A stretch of DNA of 10,661 bases from an uncultured Fibrobacterales bacterium (GTDB lineage Bacteria > Fibrobacterota > Fibrobacteria > Fibrobacterales > CAWVXU01), in the NCBI GenBank assembly GCA_963934255.1, contig CAWVXU010000088.1, positions 1-10,661 of the forward strand, in the 5' to 3' direction. Position numbers and translations under genes: made by a program. Positions 7,995 through 10,661 of this stretch are shown here, in pieces (position 1 is the first letter of the stretch; each line of letters starts with the position of its first letter). Under the pieces are notes generated by a model. That model saw only the letters and a list, made by a program, of their open reading frames with translations, was not told where the DNA came from and did no database searches.

Positions 7995-10430
7995 TTAGTC
8001 CGGATTGGGTAAATCATCTAATTTTTTAATCATACGCAAGAGGAGAATCGGTATCAAGAGTGCCGCAGCTCCGGCTATATATGGCATAGTAGCGTTAGCA
8101 CGCCAGTAAAGCACACACGCCACAAGTGGCCCAATAGTCCGCCCCAAAGCGCCCAAACTTCTAAATGTTCCTAATACACGCCCTTGCTCGCTTGCTGGGC
8201 TGTACTTAGATACCATTGCTGTAATACAGGGGATGACTTGAGCAGATCCAATCGCCATAAAGAAAGTTGAGAGATACAGCATCCAAGTATGATGACTAAA
8301 GCCCACACCAATAAGCGCCGGCATTAAGATCCAAAGCCCTTGGATAGCCATTTTATTTTCACCAACAATTGAGGCTTTGCGACGTACATAACCACCTTGT
8401 GTGAAAGCTAATGTCATCCCAATAAATAAGAATAGCAATCCGTTTTGAGCAGGGGTATAATTCAGCCTCTCAACAGCGAGGAATGTTAATGTGAACTCAG
8501 TCCCACTAAATGCAGCCAAAAAGAAAAAATTTGTCAAATTGACTTCTGAAACGCCAGGGTACTTCTCTTTTTTGAATAATTTAAAGACATTAAAAGTTCT
8601 TAGGCTTTTAGATAAATTTCTTCGACTTTTAGGCAGTGTCTCAGGCAAATTATGGTAAACAAAATGAAGTGCTACCATACTACTCACAAAGGAAATTAAA
8701 GCAGGCACACTAAACGGGTTGATTCCATACTCTTGCCATGAAGGGAAATAATCCAATAAATTAATCTGTGCACTGAGACCACCGATCACCGGACCAAATA
8801 TAAAGCCGAGCCCAAATGAAATCCCTACAATTGCCATGCCCTTAGACCTAGACTTTTTATCAGTAATATCAGCCACGACTGCAGTTGCCGTGGATATATT
8901 GGACCCCATCAAGCCACCTAATAAACGAGCGAAGAAGAGTGTTGTAAATGTCCCAGCAAACCCCCACCAAAGATAGGATAGTGCCAATCCAAAAACAGAG
9001 ACAAATAACACCGGCTTACGGCCAATTTTATCAGATAGAGTTCCCATGATAGGAGCCACGATAAATTGTATACCAGAATAAATGAAGCTTAAGAACCCAC
9101 CAAACAATACCGCAAGTGCAATCCTTGCTGAAGTCTCAGTGTCACCCGTAGCACCAGCCCAAGCTGCCAAAGAATTTAAGTGACCTACGATATAATTAAG
9201 TAGAGTTGATTCAGGAGCAGAGTAGAGGTAATAATCTAGAAGCGATGGGAAAAGCGGGAATATCATCGAGAAACTAACAAGATCCAGGAACAAAATCATA
9301 AATACGACTTTGAGGATCTTCTTGGCTTCAGGAGTCAGTGATGCGGGTTTTTCACCTAGTGGTGGAAATTCAAAAACCTCTGCCTCAGTCGGAACATGTC
9401 GCTCAATCGAAACTTGAGGATCGGCAATTTCACTGGCAAATCTTTTCACCCATCTCGGGTCGTCATTGAGACAAGGAATCGTAGCAAAATTTTCACCTCC
9501 ATTCTCAATAAAGGTCTCACGAAGTTCTATGTCGATTTCTTCATTTGTCTCAAGATTATCAACAGTAAAAGCTGGACAGATCACCGCAAGGTTTTTAATT
9601 CCTTTTTGAGCAAGTTCAATTGTTTTGTTTTCCGTTGAAGGCTTCAGCCATTCTTCACGACCAAATTGAGATTGAAAAGCACAAATATATTCAGGGATTG
9701 TAAAGTCAGAGTCAGACTCACTGCGGCGCTTTAATTCTTTACCAAGAAGTTGGAAAGTTTCACGACAATGGTAATAGTAGGGGTCACCATCATAGATTCT
9801 TTGTTTGGGAAGGCCATGGAAGGAAACGAGAAGGACTTCAGCGGCTTTATTTTGAACAGCTTGCTCTTTGAGAGTCTCGACCGTTCTGTCTGCCAGTGAG
9901 TCAATAAAGGCCTTCGTATTATGAAACCACTCAATCCAATCAAATTCAATCTTGGCCATATCATAGCCTTGACTTTCTAACTGCGGGATGACTTTCTCAT
10001 ACATCACATCGTGAATAGACAGTGTCGTTGAAGCAGAGTACTGAGGATACTGAGGTATGACGCGAATTGTCGTACAACCCTGATCTAGGAGGCTTTGGAC
10101 TCCTTCAGGGATAAAAGGCGCTTGCCCCAAAACAAAACAATGTCTTACAGGGTAATCAGGTAATTCACGTGCAACGGCTTGACTAAAATCTTCTGTCTGA
10201 AATATCAAGGGAAAGCCACGCTCCGTATGTATAGATGCATAGGCCGCAGCACTCTTAGGTGAGCGAGTCGGCAGGATGATTGCATTCAGCAAAATTTTCC
10301 AGCCTAAACCTTGATTGGTAATGAGTCGACGATCGCTTAAAAAATCGCGCAAATAAGCTTTGACATCCGGAACACTGGGACTTTTAGGTGAACCAAGCTG
10401 GACTAGTAAAATTCCTGTTTTCAATGTCAT
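7995..10430 (-). CDS. hemH: Fusion protein: ferrochelatase (HemH) domain, aa ~1-337, plus MFS transporter (TetA/MFSD10-like), aa ~371-811
   Basis: 811 aa uninterrupted frame with SD GAGG upstream. Ferrochelatase motifs: GILLVQLGSP, YLRDFLSD, YPQYSASTT, LLVSFHGLP (H205), GDPY, FQSQFG..EWLKPST, PAFTVDNLET..EI (E294), PCLND. MFS motifs: TM1 LFLDLVSFSMIFPLFP, motif A GTLSDKIGRK (aa 463-472), ARLLGG, VADIT, antiporter motif C GLGFIFGPVIGG, LPETL, QGRVLG...IGP. Confidence 0.93.
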   Translation of the reverse strand: MTLKTGILLVQLGSPKSPSVPDVKAYLRDFLSDRRLITNQGLGWKILLNAIILPTRSPKSAAAYASIHTERGFPLIFQTEDFSQAVARELPDYPVRHCFVLGQAPFIPEGVQSLLDQGCTTIRVIPQYPQYSASTTLSIHDVMYEKVIPQLESQGYDMAKIEFDWIEWFHNTKAFIDSLADRTVETLKEQAVQNKAAEVLLVSFHGLPKQRIYDGDPYYYHCRETFQLLGKELKRRSESDSDFTIPEYICAFQSQFGREEWLKPSTENKTIELAQKGIKNLAVICPAFTVDNLETNEEIDIELRETFIENGGENFATIPCLNDDPRWVKRFASEIADPQVSIERHVPTEAEVFEFPPLGEKPASLTPEAKKILKVVFMILFLDLVSFSMIFPLFPSLLDYYLYSAPESTLLNYIVGHLNSLAAWAGATGDTETSARIALAVLFGGFLSFIYSGIQFIVAPIMGTLSDKIGRKPVLFVSVFGLALSYLWWGFAGTFTTLFFARLLGGLMGSNISTATAVVADITDKKSRSKGMAIVGISFGLGFIFGPVIGGLSAQINLLDYFPSWQEYGINPFSVPALISFVSSMVALHFVYHNLPETLPKSRRNLSKSLRTFNVFKLFKKEKYPGVSEVNLTNFFFLAAFSGTEFTLTFLAVERLNYTPAQNGLLFLFIGMTLAFTQGGYVRRKASIVGENKMAIQGLWILMPALIGVGFSHHTWMLYLSTFFMAIGSAQVIPCITAMVSKYSPASEQGRVLGTFRSLGALGRTIGPLVACVLYWRANATMPYIAGAAALLIPILLLRMIKKLDDLPNPD

Positions 10431-10586
10431 GAAGACCTCATTTATTCAATCGTACCTAAAATAGTAATTCCACTCCAATTGGTGAAGTGAAAGACCACTA
10501 GTATCTATTGAATATTAAAAGCAAATACTCACCGAAATTGAGTTGATATTTCTGTATATTTCATCTAAAACAGAGCAGGCAGAATC

Positions 10587-10661
10587 ATGAACAATAGAAA
10601 TCAACACAATGGCAACAATCCTCAGCGCAAAACATCTGTACTTGCCAGGCCAGAACCTTGG
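10587..10661 (+). CDS. Possible N-terminus of a divergently transcribed gene (truncated by window edge)
   Basis: ATG at 10587 preceded by GCAGG. Frame MNNRNQHNGNNPQRKTSVLARPEPW is open to the edge. Too short to confirm, and the antisense frame (10661-10515) is also open. Confidence 0.35.
   Translation, partial: MNNRNQHNGNNPQRKTSVLARPEPW

Noticed and set aside
7995..9320. Calling the MFS domain a tetracycline-resistance gene (tetA)
   Set aside because: Shared motifs are family-level only; there is no tetR or mobile context, and the fusion to HemH points elsewhere.
9396..9964. ORFs 9396-9638 (+) and 9731-9964 (-, alternative frame)
   Set aside because: Short overlaps inside the ferrochelatase domain, whose own frame carries all conserved motifs; no sign of a frameshift.
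10468..10492. CCAATTGG palindrome with imperfect flanks upstream of hemH-MFS as an operator or Fur box
   Set aside because: Only 8 bp of perfect symmetry and no match to the Fur consensus.
10515..10661. Open minus-strand frame (48 codons) that could be the 3' end of an upstream gene
   Set aside because: No recognisable features, and it is exactly antisense to the plus-strand candidate start; cannot be resolved within this window.
1..10661. Mobile element, CRISPR array, tRNA/rRNA or tandem repeats
   Set aside because: No transposase/integrase ORF, repeat-spacer periodicity or RNA-gene-sized structured intergenic region seen; intergenic gaps are all short.

Overview
Chromosome-like, AT-rich bacterial window in which all well-supported genes lie on the minus strand, forming two probable transcription units. 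(1) 10430->7061: an 811-aa ORF fusing a complete N-terminal ferrochelatase (HemH) domain to a complete 12-TM-type MFS transporter of the TetA/MFSD10-like antiporter type, followed by two small hypothetical genes. (2) 6944->1: a Cu(I)/Ag(I) heavy-metal RND efflux operon. It consists of a Cys-rich 160-aa leader-like ORF (apparently leaderless, directly behind a sigma70-like promoter), a hairpin plus U-tract, a TolC-family outer membrane factor, a CusB-like adaptor with a heavy-metal-binding domain, a CusA-like pump, and a truncated secreted DUF3347-like gene missed by the ORF track. The most notable observation is the ferrochelatase-MFS fusion; the second is the possible uORF/hairpin regulatory module in front of the efflux genes. 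No rRNA, tRNA, CRISPR array or mobile element was recognised. All family assignments come from motif recognition by eye, not database searches.
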